A stretch of 64,000 nt of DNA, from positions 17,794,001 to 17,858,000 of the forward strand of contig OX442314.1 of NCBI GenBank assembly GCA_949358305.1, read 5' to 3'. The DNA comes from Strigamia acuminata. Lineage: Eukaryota. Each line of letters begins with the position of its first letter. Within the stretch, counting starts at the first letter, position 1. The position numbers and the translations under genes were made by a program. This document shows positions 15,801 to 29,928 of the stretch, one piece after another. The notes beneath the pieces are model-generated. The model was not told where the DNA came from. It saw only the letters and a list, made by a program, of their open reading frames with translations, and made no database searches.

Positions 15801-16319
15801 TTGCAAATGCAAATTAGTTAATCAAAGGGTTAAAAGTGATATTTAAATAATGCGATGAAAGAAAAGTTTTCCTCTTTAAATTTTGTACGAGTTGGGCTGA
15901 CGTTGTTCACTTTAACTTTAAACTTAACAACTCGATAAATTTAGAGCAGTTAGACGTAGTTTGAGTGGGCGAACGTAAATCCACCGATGGATTTCGGGGG
16001 AAATGTGAAAGAAACCAACAGTTTTGAGCGCTTGCCAAATTTGCAAAATTAAATATGCGTTTGTCCAATTAGATATAAAATAAAATAAAATATATGGGAG
16101 ATTCAGTGTAGTGGTATTAAAATTTTAATTTACATCGTTCTAATTGAAAGTTACTTACTGCAGTTTATGGGAGGATTCTACTTTGAGGGTATTTCATAAA
16201 TTTAAGCTCATTGTGTTCGTCTCGGCGAGCTGGTTTCGAATATGTATAGTAGAAGTGCCAAATATGTGCGCAAAGGCCTAAAAAATGAGATTAATAGTTA
16301 GGAATTAGGTCTGCGCTTA

Positions 16320-17310
16320 CAAGGAGACCGCAAGAGTGTGTAATCCACAATTGTTAAAATTGTTTGTAAATAAAGCATTCACATCACCTAAACAATCTAT
16401 TTTTCTCATATTAAAATGCACCTCTCTCTCACATTGTTACAAACAGTAACAACACACAGGATTCCTTACTGTGTGTTGAAACACCATTTTTTGATATTTT
16501 GAGTAAAAAGGTCAAGTGTAGCACTACATTTGGTGATTAGCCTGTTCAAACCTTACTCTGGAACCCAGGTAATTTGATATCACATGACATATGACATCAC
16601 AACTTTGTTCACCAACATGACTGCCTGCATGAAGCAACAATAGTGTGTTGTGGTGGCTCAGTGGTTAAGGTAATGAATCAGGAATCTTTCCACACAGGTT
16701 CAAATCTTGTTGTCGGTGAAAATTTTTACTTTTATTTTTTCTTTATTTTTAGCAGTAAAGTTAATGTTTGTTATTTTATATTTTTTTTTAAATTTTTTAA
16801 TTAATTAATTTAATATAATTAAAATTATAAAAAAAAATTTTAAAAAAAATATAAAATAACAAACATTAACTTTACTGCTAAAAATAAAGAAAAAATAAAA
16901 GTAAAAATTTTCACCGACAACAAGATTTGAACCTGTGTGGAAAGATTCCTGATTCATTACCTTAACCACTGAGCCACCACAACACACTATTGTTGCTTCA
17001 TGCAGGCAGTCATGTTGGTGAACAAAGTTGTGATGTCATATGTCATGTGATATCAAATTACCTGGGTTCCAGAGTAAGGTTTGAACAGGCTAATCACCAA
17101 ATGTAGTGCTACACTTGACCTTTTTACTCAAAATATCAAAAAATGGTGTTTCAACACACAGTAAGGAATCCTGTGTGTTGTTACTGTTTGTAACAATGTG
17201 AGAGAGAGGTGCATTTTAATATGAGAAAAATAGATTGTTTAGGTGATGTGAATGCTTTATTTACAAACAATTTTAACAATTGTGGATTACACACTCTTGC
17301 GGTCTCCTTG
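16320..17310. mobile_element. Fold-back (palindromic) non-autonomous element, copy 1, 991 bp
   Basis: Two ~475-bp arms (CAAGGAGACCGCAAGAG...CTCTTGCGGTCTCCTTG) around an AT-only centre (~16795-16835); flanked by TTA on both sides. Confidence 0.92.
16647..16719 (+). promoter_or_regulatory. tRNA-like cassette (Pol III A/B box) in left arm of fold-back copy 1; mirror at ~16911-16983 on -
   Basis: A box TGGCTCAGTGG (16654-16664), B box GGTTCAAATC (16697-16706), T-arm-like ACAGG-TTCAAAT-CTTGT. Acceptor and anticodon stems do not pair, so this is not a functional tRNA. Confidence 0.6.
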
Positions 17311-20300
17311 TTAGACTCTAAACTTCGAATTGACATTGCAATGGAAATAAAGAATGAAATATATGGTTTTTGGAACATGTGTGTTGCTGAAACCTAATAT
17401 CCGTGTTTACTTACAGGGATTTATTTTGTTTTACGATTTTGGATTTAATTTCGGACAATGGTTGAACAAGACGTAAACAAGGATTCAGTAGCCGTTGAGT
17501 GCTTTTCCTTTTCTCTCATCTTCCATAGGTTGCCCGGTAACTGAACTGTCCGCAAGGACTCGTAACAAGTTATTATTTTTTTTGAAAGGCTGTGACATGT
17601 TGTTTTCGAGATGATCGGAAGTGAGAAAGGTGGCGACAGTGCTGCGCATTACTCGGAGCCGCTTAAAGGCTTGCAGAAACTTAATTAAAAACTTATTGTC
17701 AATATTTTTCGGTTTTGGAGGAATAGCACAACTCATGTTTAAAACATATTATTATATTGTGTAGGCGTGTTAATTTGGAATTTTTGATTTATTATTTTCA
17801 TTTTGGAAGAGAAATTATTAATATTCTATTTTTTCGTACGAACGTTTTGCAAAAGTTGGTTCAAATTATTCTTGAGGGAATTACCAGGTTGTTCTTGCGC
17901 TGTATTTTTAATTACAAGTTTAATAATTGTAAATTAGGAAATTAAGCCTCAGGTTGCGAATATTGCAGGCGAAACTTAAACTCGTAGTGTGAAATGAAGA
18001 ATAGCTTTCTGCAAAGTGGTTGCCTAGTTGAAAGATGTGAGGGAAAATTGTAAAGGTAGAAATATTCACATTGCATACCAATTGCGAAACAAAATTCAGC
18101 AAATTCCGCACGTACTCCATTCACAATGGACCAAAATAAATGAAAGTAGAGAGAGAAGCAAATTGTGTAGCTTCTAGTAATAAATAGGCCTATTTATTGT
18201 CCAACTTGGGCAATTCTTTTAGCGTCTAAAGACTAAAACAAGCAACACGAGCAATACGTCATTTATCACCATCGAGTAACAACGAAATAAGCGCGTAAAA
18301 TGGTTTTCGAAACTGTAGTCGAGCTACATTATCGCGAACGAATGAACAAACAAAAGCTCAAATCCCCATAAAACAGAAACAAGTGAAAATTTAAAAAAGA
18401 GAACGAATTTGTTAATTTATAATTTGCAACCATGCAGATATGTTCTATATCTATATGTTGCAACAATCTGAAGCAGAGATGATGACGGTAATAATAATTA
18501 TATCTTTAGCGCGCACATTGTGCTGAAGGAGGGACTACGAGCAGACTGTTCGTAATATCATCGCACCTCATTTTGCCCACAGATAGCAAATGCTACAATT
18601 TATGTGTAACTAACGTTCTGTTCCCCTTCTTATCAGCCAACTTGTTAAAAGGACTCGTGGGGAACTACACTATGTAACCGAAGTTTAATTTCAATAAACT
18701 CTTTTACTATAAGATGTATTAATTTCAGATTTTGAAATATTTTTTACGCCTACTTCATTTGCGTACAAAAAATTATTATGACGTCAGAAATGGAGCAATG
18801 TTATTTTTAATACGTTTTCTGCGAACCAAACATTTAAACATTGATGGGATTCGTATTTGATTATATAAATTTCTTTCATTTAAAAAAGAAATCGTACAAA
18901 TTTAGATTTTTTACCGTTCGTCAGATATTGATGAATTCTAAAAGTAAAGCGTCCATATTTGATAAATGAAGGAAAGAAAAGTTTATTTTTGTTTAACATT
19001 TTGGAGAATAATAAATTATTTAATGAAGTCATTTAATTTTTATTACTTTTTTGGATTATTGTAAGAACATTTTGAAAGGCCACGCGAAGACGCGAGTCAC
19101 TTGACGTCCATGATATGTAAATACGGGTACAAATGTGCCTCGAGTGCTACGAAATTTGTGTCCAACTCTAAGCAAACGAATGCTTAAATTTTGAGCACTA
19201 TTTTTAAATATAAAAATGTGACTACGATAAAATTTGTATGTGTTTGTCAATTTATTTTGTACTGTGTGCGCACCAAACGCGATTTCAGTTTACACATGTT
19301 TTGCTGATTTTTAGTTTAAACCGGCTTCAGAGAAATCTTATACTTTTCTTATCATTTGAATTATTTATCGATATCGATACATATATTTTGAATATTTATA
19401 AACAATATTTGAAAACATTTTTGGTTTGGTTTGAAAATAAAAAACAAAGTCTTTCTATGCACGTTTGCTTCATAGAAAATTTATTGAAAGTTTTTCCATT
19501 TTTCCAGCTGCTTTAAAACTGAGCTTTAAAAGTTGGGCTGTAAAGTTGTTGCATTGTGAATTCAGCAATATTTGAAGTGGGAGTTGTGTGTATTGAGACT
19601 ATCATCCACCGCCTCCCAAATGACAGGAGGCCGAGTCCTAACCCAAACGCTTATCGCTCGTTGTGGCCGCATGGGGGCAGCGAGTATATGGCAGATGCCT
19701 TATCTTTTACGCTTGCGCCGTGCTGCGGACGATGCAGTGGGATCTCAGCAGGGGGTAAAATGATGGAAATAAGACGAGTGTGCCTGTTTGGTATGCAAGG
19801 GCCAATTGAAGATATATATAATTTAATTTGAATTTCAACGATAGTGTCCAGGGAATCAGGATGACTATCGTCAGTTGAGCTTAGCCCTAGATATTGTACA
19901 AATATGGACTGATTGTCTCGCGTTTGTTGTAATTCGTTAAAAGTTATAAATTTGTAAATTCGATTGTGAAAAGTTTTGATGAGTTTTTCAGAAATTTTTT
20001 TTTAATTTTTTTTATTTATTTTGTATTTGAAAATTTAATACGGCATTAAATTCTGATTGTGGTTTATCAAATTACTCATACTTAATTAATTAATTAATTT
20101 TAAAAAATGTTGAGCAGAAAAATTCTGTATGCCGAATTACTCCTGTCTGCTTGATAGCATTAAACGAAATTGATGGTGACAGCATAAGAAAGGTAACGGG
20201 ATTTAAACGAGACTAATTGTTTAGGCACATTTGATGCGGAACATGTATCAATAAGCTCAACATAACAATCGATTCTTTTGTTTGATTTTTTTTTTGTTTG

Positions 20301-21436
20301 TTTACATTAGGTTCGAATACTTTAAAAACATGTTTTGTGGAAAACAAATTTCAATCATTCTTGTCAAACACAGTTTGGTTTATACTTTCTACAATTGCGT
20401 TAACTGCAGTTAAATAAACGTAGCGTAAAAAAAGAGGAGTTGTTAGTGGTTTTATTGCGGTATGTACAATAAAGCAATTATGAGAACATAAATTGTCATT
20501 AATTTTGTAAGAAAGGAAACGGTGAACTCTTATTAACTTTTAAAATTTGGACATAAATCAGTTCGGGATGTCTGTTTTATGCATACAAAATGAGAGCGAA
20601 TGTTTAAAACAGTTCCGTCGTCGTCATGACATTTTGGGCAACTCGGATTTTTTTATATTCTTTTTATTAAGTATATACGGTATTAAATATAAATTTCCGG
20701 CATCAGGGAAAGGAGTATTAAAAAAAATAGAAGAGAAAAAGAAAAGGATATAACTTTTTTTCTCTAAGTTCTTTAACATTTTATTCGGAAAAAATATAGA
20801 TGACATAACATGCGCGCTGTGTGTAAAAAGAAATTCTTTTTGGAAACTTTGTAGAATGCTTGTTAATGACTTAGGACAGATGCGAGCAATGTAAAGTAGA
20901 ATTTGCTAGTGAAATAGTTGCACGTGCATGTCCTCAGCCTGCTTCCCTGTGGCTGCGTACGTGAGCTGATTATTGACCCGACTTCCAGGGGTCTGTACAT
21001 TGCGATACCATCATGCAATGTAACCCCTGAAGATTCCATTGGCCTGTGCTGCCAATTGCCATTCACTCGATAAGCCTAGAAGAGTGCAAGACTGGCAGCA
21101 GCGTGAGGCCTGCAAGTGCGAAATGGCAGCCAAAGGGGATCAATCCAAGACTTTAAAAATTTATTGTGAATTTAATTTAGAAGTTTGCCACTCTTGAGGA
21201 CAGCGCTGGCGATCTCAAGGTGCCCATATTTCGAGGATATTGACAAGCGAGTTTTTGATAAGAAAATATAAATAAAAAGAGGTGGAATTGTAAATAAAAA
21301 TAAAATGAAGGAGAGTGGGGAAAAAAATCTTCTAAGTTGTCAAGAAAGGGCTGATTAGGTTTGGTTTCCTGCCAAACAGAAACGAATGTTTTCTCTTGTT
21401 TCACCTTCCCAAGAGAGAAGACTGACTTTTTGTGCT

Positions 21437-21437
<1 letters not shown>

Positions 21438-21468
<31 letters not shown>
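21438..21468. repeat. Poly-T tract (31 nt)
   Basis: Read directly; another 25-nt tract lies at 44328-44352. Confidence 0.9.
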
Positions 21469-24400
21469 CTTTCTCCGCATAAACCCCAAATGAGAGTGCT
21501 TTGAGGTCTCCAATCCACCTGCTAGAATTGATTCGCAAACTGGCATCTTTTTTTTTTTTTTTTTTTGGAACCTTATCTGGGTCTTCCAGTTTGGTGAAAC
21601 AGGTGGCAATTGAAGAAGCGAATAAACTTATGTTAATTTTTCAAAGGCGATTTTCTAAAAGTATTGCTGTTTATGGTTTTACCGGGGGGAATTAGGAGGC
21701 GGAGGACGCGATCGTTCTTCGTTGGACATTGGTGAGGAAAGGAAAGGGAAGGAAAGGAGGGCGAAGTTGTAGATCGAGTTGAAATTGGCTGTCCAACCTC
21801 CCGCATGAGGACAGAAATGAATCACGGTTGACAAGGTGGGAGAGAAAAAGCACGGGGGTGTTTACAAAATGAAATATCTTCAATACAAATATTGAAGTGA
21901 GGAACGGTAGGCAATCACGAGGGAATCGGGGGATGGCAAAATGAGAAATTCATCGTTTCAGGTAGCGGAGAAAGCAAATTTGTGGAGGGATTTAGGAAGA
22001 AAACAGACAGGGGCTTCTGTATTTTAGTAAATAGCTGTAGTGTAAAAGGATTTTGTTTATAATCAATTCAAAATTATTGTTTATGGTTTTTTTTCTCCCT
22101 CCGTAGGCTATAATTAATATAATTATACATTTACTGGAATTAATATGAATTTAGTGATGTATTGGTTCCAAGTATCGAAGTCTAGACGGGAGGCAGTTTT
22201 TAACAGAAAATATTGAAAACAAACCTTTTTAAAACGAACTTGTAATTTTTTAAATGTTTATAAGCATTAATAGTTGCATTTAAAGGTTCTGTTTATATGG
22301 TTTTTAGTATACGCATTCCTAAAGTAATTGAGAGTAAACAGCATTTTAAACAACAGATCAAAAACTACTATAATTGTGGTTTTTGTTTTTAAAGTTGTTG
22401 GTGGATGTTTTACGGCTGTTTTTGTGTCCATTCTGTTGACAAAAATACCAAAAACTGCAAAACAAACTTTGAAGTCACCTAATAAATTGATTTCACTAAG
22501 AAAACTATTTATACTAATAACATTGATAAGCTGATTTACTGAACAGAAAATACAGTATGTATTTGTAAAGCAATGTGAATAGTTTGCAACAAACAAAACT
22601 CTAAACAGATCGCATAAATAATGAAATGAAGGTGACCTTTGGTTGAATAATTTGGTTGGACAATACTGTTGAATTTTAAAATTGTAAAGCGTAATTAGTG
22701 GTCTTTTGTTCAGTCCGATATGTTGTAATGGAGTTTCGAATTGGCAGTAGTCTTCCTTTTAAAGACCATTACATCTAATTTATAAGTCAATTTAACGAAA
22801 GCATATATTTCCACTTCGGACAATATTGGAATAACGATTAAAAAAAAGAAAAGTGTGACTAGTTTTAAATGGATTTGGATCGGTTCCTAAGAATGTTAGC
22901 GAGTGTTGTCATACAGTTGGCCTTTTAATTTGTTTGCCTCTGCCTCTGAAAAGTGCATGAAAGGAGATAGGAGGTAAGTTTTGCACATGCGCCGAGACAA
23001 TAGAGTTGACATCCCACCCACCTCTGGTTCATCCATCAGCTCATAAAGTGAGCAGTTGGTGGCGCTGGCGGGCAATTGTTCCTGAGCAAAAGCAGCCATG
23101 TTTGGCTGGCTGCCAAAACGATAAGATTGATCAGTTTGCCTCTCCTCCCTTCCCATCCCCCTTTTACCTCTCTTTGTCTTTTTCCTTTCTCTTTTTCTCA
23201 CACCTTTTTTTCTTTCTCCCCCAATCAGGGAACAGTTTCCCTCTTCTTAGTGTGATTATTTACATACGGTTTTCCACTGGCTGCATTTGAGTTCTCAATA
23301 GTCTCAGTCTCGCCTCAAATCCTACCATTAAAAGAAAAACGACAGAACGAAGCCAATTTTAAGGATGGGAAAATGGCAAGATGGCAAGTTTGTCGTGTGT
23401 GATTGATTTAAGAATTTGCATTTTTTTTTCTATATTTTTTTCAATTTTTTCAATTTTTTTTTTTTTTTTTGTGGGTTGATTGGGTGAAATTTTTGAGTTT
23501 TGAACCTTTTGCTAACTTTTAAGAATCGAAAGTGAACTTTGCAAAATTTCTTGCGGTTCTCGAGTTCATTTACTGTGGCATACTGTCACAAGTCATTAGC
23601 TCGGCTTAACGAGCTGGAGTTGTTGGGCTAGCAATAGGAAAGGGATTGGTGGAGAATGGTGAGCAATTAGCTGACGGAAGGAAGAGTAAATCTAGATGAT
23701 AAAGTGACCTTTGGCCGAGGACTTGTGTGAATTCATGAATGGTGAAAGCCAATGTTGCCGACTATGGATGGATGCCTTGTTAAATAAACAAGCTCCTGTG
23801 AGGTTTAGGAGAAATAAAGGATGGGTTCCTTGTATAATGATTCCTCGAGTCATTAGAGGAGGAGAATAAAACGTGCTATTTATTCTCGAAAATCAATAGC
23901 TAGTTTGTTTTATTATTTGGGAAAGTCAAATTGGGCTCGCCAAATAAGGGCTGCAAATAAGTGCATAAAGTGAATGTGGGATAAAGAAAGAAATCAATTT
24001 TTCTTTTTTCTTTTTTTTAAAAATTGTAATAATATACGGGACGTTAAAAATTGATTTTAGGTTTCGTGCCCTTGTTGCAGTTCGATTTTTCTCAAAGGCT
24101 TGCTCCGCTGTCTTTTGTCTTTTACGCATGCGTGCTTCGTGCTCGTGACTGGAATATTGGCGTAGACGCTGTAGTCGTTCATTCTCTGTAATCTTGCAAG
24201 GCTACATGAGGTGATGAACGAATTAGTCGTTTTTATTTTGTAGGATCGTGATTGGGCTGCGTAGCATGTTATTTCTAGTTTGTGCATGTTTGAATGTCTT
24301 TGCACTTATGTTTGGACGGTTTTTTTCCTCTGGTTAGTTCCAATTTGTTGTAACGGGATGCGCGTGATGTATAAATGATGGTTTTGTAAAAATATAAAAA

Positions 24401-27400
24401 GGTGTTGAGTTGAAAGGATTTAAAACGAAAGTAAGATAAATTTGCTCTAGGGTTATGTGAATCTTAACATGCAAATGAGAAGATTAGAGAGAGAGTTTTA
24501 AGATGGAAATGGGAAATATGTTTTTTTGATTGATTGGTTATTAAGATTACATTTGAAAATAAAATGTACGTGCAAAATTTATTTATTGCATACAGTACAA
24601 CAGTGATTGAGTTGAATTGAAAGAGAGAAAAAAAATTGCGGAGTAAAATTTAAAATTGGTATATTTATGAATAAATTTAAATTTTTTTTTTTTATATTTG
24701 AAGAAATATACTTATTAGCTTTTCAATCGATTTGTACCGGGGTAATTGTTTTTTACGCTCATTGGAATGACTTTTCGAACTCTCAAGTAAAGAACTTTTC
24801 ATTTGGTGATGCGGCGCTAATTGAATTTTCTCCTTTTGTGATGCGGCTTCAAATCAAGGCCGGTGCTAAATCCAGGCGTTTCGGCATTTGATTATTGTGA
24901 TAGTGGTGATTTTCAAGTCACGTGATCCAATTTTACATGTATGATTGGTTTAAAAATCAAATAATTCCTCTATTCTTGAAGGAAAGTGAAAAAAAGCATT
25001 TGAAGGCTTAAAGTTGGGGGCGTTTGGAGGCGGAAGGCAGAATGGAATCAAATTCATGGCAGGCGGTTAGAATTTGATTAAAGAGCTTTTAACGCAATTA
25101 ATTGTCTTGGAATTGTGTTTCCAGGTTAGTGCAATAGCTCCTATACTGCCGCAAACTCCTTTTGATGATTCGAGAAGATGCTGTTGATTCAGATAATGAA
25201 ATTAGAAAAACCACGTTTTCGGCCACTTATCGCCTACTAAAGTCGTTTCGTGGATTCATATTGAATTTTTTTCCTCATATGAGGAAATTCTTGGATATAG
25301 TAGTTGAGGGAATTTGAAAGCAGATGCCTCAATCGACATCTCCATTCAAATTGGATCATTAATTATTGGAGTGCGAAAAGTAATTATAGGTTGGCTTTCT
25401 GAAACGATCCACCCATTTTTATCAGGAAAATTAAAAAAAAAAATCGTCGATTTGAATTAGTTTTAGGGCTATTTGCAAAATTGATAATTGAATGACGCTT
25501 CCTGGAAAATCCAGCGTCGGTTTTGAATGTTCCTAATTGAATAAGTGGGATTGGAAATGAAAATTTCATGTTGTGGTTCTTTCTAGCGGGGAAATTTTTT
25601 TTATTTTTTATTTATTTATTATTTCATACATGTGTCACATGATTGAAATATGTCAAGAATACATGATTAATTACTGTGGAGGAGTAAGTGTATGAACATG
25701 TCAAGATTTTTTTGTGTATTGAAAGCAGTCCGGAAAAATTTCTAGAAACAAGTTCAGGATTTCCTGCTGCATGTGGCATCATTAAGTTATTGAGTCTCTT
25801 GACAGCTTTCGTGACGTATCCATGAATAATTAAAGCAAAACGTTGCCAATTTGTGACTAATAGCTTTCAACTTTTTTGCTTGATTTGAAACATACCTAGT
25901 TAATAAAGTTGCGAATTAATTAGGAGAAATGGGAGAAACAATTTCATGGAAAGGGAATATTAAAAAAAAAAATCAGTTTTTGAAAATATAGTAAATTTGA
26001 TTGCTAGGTCATATTTTTTTTTACTGCTCTGTTATCATTAAATGAAATCCATGTTTGGGTTGTCCTTTCTACCGTCTCTCGAGTCATCATGGCGTCAACA
26101 TTGTGCACAGACTTTAAGTAGATGTGCTATTGAATGGGAGAAATTATGTGATAGTTCTAAGTGGTTTGTCCGTTCGAAACAGTGTGAAAAAGAGATAGAA
26201 ACGAGCGGGCACAATTGCTATTTTGGTTGGCAGAATTAAATTGACTTGAAATGAACACGATTTGTCCTTTTTTTCGTTTTTTTTCCCCCCACTCAAGATT
26301 AAGTCTATTAATTAGTTGATTTAATTAATTGAAAGCAGATACAATTAAAGATGCAGGCTTTCTGTTCTGGTGGAAAGAGAGGTGAAAAGAGATTTGGTTT
26401 ATCGAGTTTTTGTCTTCTCTGTACATCTACAGTTCATCCATCATGCACGAACACGTGGTACTAGATCTCGCCTCCGATTGGCTGCTGTGTTTAAATCTAT
26501 TTAATGACGTATAAGGAAAGATGGTCTATTATGAGTATTGTGTGTAGATTTTCACAAATGATAGGTCGTGATGTGTGGGCAAAGTTGAGGGGACAGTTGT
26601 AGGAATGGGTTGGTATTGATTAATTTTTTTTAGTGCATAGGAATAGATTTTCTGCGACTGCTTGCTTTTACTCAGTGACAGAATAGAGGTTCTTTAAGTT
26701 TTACGGCACCTCCCATAAAGCTAAAATCCTAAGTTTAAAGTAGAACCACTGAGATGGGAAAGGATTTCTAGAATACACATTAAATCTGCGATGAAAGGAG
26801 AATAATGGACACCTAGGTTGATGAAGATTGTTTATTTTTTATGCGAAAAGTTTGTGTTAATTTATTCATTTTTAAGAGGCACTTTTTTGTTGTTTAGTTT
26901 AAGTTTTTATTTGCTTAATATATGTAATAGGCTGTGAAAAGATGGGTTAGAGATGTTTACACAGAAGAGACTAAGCCTCTAATAGATCTTAGTGGCAGCA
27001 GAGATTTCTCTGGCTCAGCCCTCGAGAGCAATAAACGTTGAGAATGTTTTGCTTGGCGAATGAAAAATAATCTTGGTTTTGAATAGGTATTTTATTACAA
27101 TACCTTTTCAAATTATAGGAACAAAAGATGTTGTTTTCGATGTTTGTTTGAAGAACATTTCGGTGTTGGCATTTGGATTAAATCGGTGAGTTAGCGAATT
27201 AGTCTTAAATTAATAAAAGGACGAGGATCTGAGTTTTTTTCTGTGTCAAATCCACTCGACGTTGAATTCGAAGTTTTAGGTTATAAAATAAAAATAAAAA
27301 TCTGTATGAACATGAAACAACTATGTGACTTGAATATGTGACTTGAATTTGGTATTTAGCATGTGGGATATTATCGACTAAACGAAATGACTATAATAAA

Positions 27401-29211
27401 AGAAATTGAATTGGAGAGAGGAAAGTGTATAATATTGAATCAAGTTATTTTTTTATGTCAATAAATAACTTACATTCATTTTTAATACAATTTGAGTGCT
27501 GTTTGTACAAGTACAACGAAGGTTGTCAGTTTCTTATTGTTTAAACAGTACAAGTAAAAACGCTTACCAGACATTGAACAATTATTTTACGAAATAATTA
27601 ACTTCTACTAGGGTTGTGCAATCCAGTTAAAAAGTAACTTATTTGGTCAAATTATTAGAATTTCGAAATAGGGCAGAGAATACAAAATGTGAGGAGTTTG
27701 ACGGCATAATGAAATGTAGGAAGAAGTCAAACCCCAAAGGAACCTCACACAAGTTTTGAAAAAAATCTATTGAGCTCATCGAATTTTCGAAATTTTAGCA
27801 AATACCTAGTACATTTTAAAACTAGGACTTTATTTTATTTCTGTGAGAAGTTTAAGTTTTATTTGTTGGTGGAATGCAGTAAAGCTCTAGGGGCAAGAGA
27901 TAAACAATACCGAACAATATTTTTTAAAAATGTCCAGATATTTACTGGCTATTAAATGGCATCATTACATGATAATACGAAATTGATTGGGCGATACATA
28001 ACAAGAAAGATGAATAGTGTATATTTTATATAAAATAAATAGTGCACGGTTTGGTAACTAAAGGACTAAATTTTTTAAATTATTTGATGATAGTTTTGAC
28101 AATATGATACATTTTTAAAATAAAAATATGCTAAGTGGTTGCAAAATTGTTATAAATTTGCAAAATAATTACGACAGTGTTTGCAAATACTTTCTGTTAG
28201 GTATTTGTCAGTTTTAATTAAAGCTGCATCAGCTGACGTTGAGTAATGGCGCCCTAAATGTGCAAATCATAGCCAGCTAGCCATAAGAAGAAAATGCACA
28301 CACATACACACACAGGTTTCATCCCAGTTGCAAGTTTTGCACACACTGGAGAGTTAACGATCCGTCAAAACCCAGTTTCGTTGTGTTTCTACTATAGCGC
28401 AGTAAACGCAGAAAATTAGTGATATTCTTCCAACTGGCTGAACGGAGAAGTTAATTCTTTGATGAGGTGATACCATCTCTTCAACTCATTTCTGCTTGCA
28501 CCTAGTAATCAAGTTCTTAAGTGCAAAGAATGACAGTTAGGTTTAAAATTACTCCACGTGCACTAAAAGCATTTTTTTATACTAGCGACTTAATGTCTTA
28601 TCTAGTAAGACATTACTGACTGTGTTTGCAACATGTGCACTCCTTCATATGTCATTTTTATTTTGAGTGGATTATGAGCCGAGAGAAAGCAACATGGCAG
28701 AGGCGAATCTGTCAAGAGATAATATCATTTATCACGAGCACACCTGGTTTTCTGAATGGCAGTTTTTTGGTTGCGGATGTTTTGTTTTTAGCTGGTTGGT
28801 AAACCGTGTGTATACATATACAGCATTCCTACTAAATCGGATGACGATACTGTTTGTTTTTGCTACGATTGACGTTTTCTCTAATGACGAAAATGTGAGG
28901 GAATGGGGATGTAATCAAGGAGTGGATTTCGTTTTAGATTTGTTTGTAATGGAGTCGGGTTTAGTACCATAGATATCGAAGTAGTTTGTTGGCTTATCCT
29001 ATCGAATAAAGTATTGTGACAAAGCTACATTTAGCCGAGGGAAAATGCGTTTTCGGATCATTAATTCTCTACAGACTGCGGGATGCACCTCATTGCACTT
29101 TTAAAGAAAGAAAAAGAATTCTGCTTTTCTTGCAGATGTTGGTAAAAGCTGGAACGCATACAGGTTTTATAAATGCATATTTAGTTATGTGGAAGGCATT
29201 AGCATTATACA

Positions 29212-29928
29212 CGGATAAGTTCAGTTTAGCGATGCCCATTTTAGCGCAAATTTGTAATGTTTTAGTGACGGTATGTTTTAGCAATCCCACGTTTTAGCGA
29301 CAAAACGTTTTAGGCACGTAACAAATGCCCGTTAAGTTTTAGCAAAATGAAGGTCGAAAACTGTGTTTAGTCTTTGTGTGTTTACTGGAATGGCAGCTCA
29401 GACACTTTTTCTTTTTAATTTTAATTTTATCATGTGTAGGATACCGTTTGCACAGGTTTGTTCGACCTTACCTATCAGGAAAGTCTTCCAACATGGCAGT
29501 TTGGTTGTCATTAAGCATTGTGCAGCCATTAGCAATACTCATGTATTATCATGATTACTACATAATCCATTACGGTCAACCAAGTGTCTACATTATAGTG
29601 TACAAAACGAAATGTCACCGATTTTGTGCTTGATATGATAATTCTAGTTGAATTCATAAACTGGATTGCATCAGTTAAGTATTTTGAAATCACTTTTGTA
29701 TAACCATTTATATGTATACCAATCATTTTTTGTGATTTTTTATTACGAGATATATTAATATTACAACTTATAAGTATTTGTTGACGACAAATTAATAATA
29801 ATTCTATTCATTTTAGCAATCAGGTTATTATAGCGATTTTTACGGCACTAAAATGACCCGGTTACTAAAGTGGACGTTCGCTAAAATGTCGTCGCTAATA
29901 TGTAATCGATAAAGTGTACCAGACAACG
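29212..29928. mobile_element. Decayed DNA-transposon derivative with inverted subterminal repeat arrays
   Basis: TTTTAGC/TTTAGCG units spaced ~15-20 nt apart at 29220-29345, and complementary (G)CTAAAAT/CGCTAA units at 29867-29915. Ends are approximate. Confidence 0.45.

Noticed and set aside
16647..16719. Functional tRNA gene
   Set aside because: A/B boxes and T arm are present but acceptor and anticodon stems do not pair; embedded in a repeat.
18179..18198. Perfect 20-bp palindrome next to CTAG as a Helitron 3' end
   Set aside because: AT-rich stem with no loop, and spacing to CTAG is not Helitron-like; no matching 5' end found.
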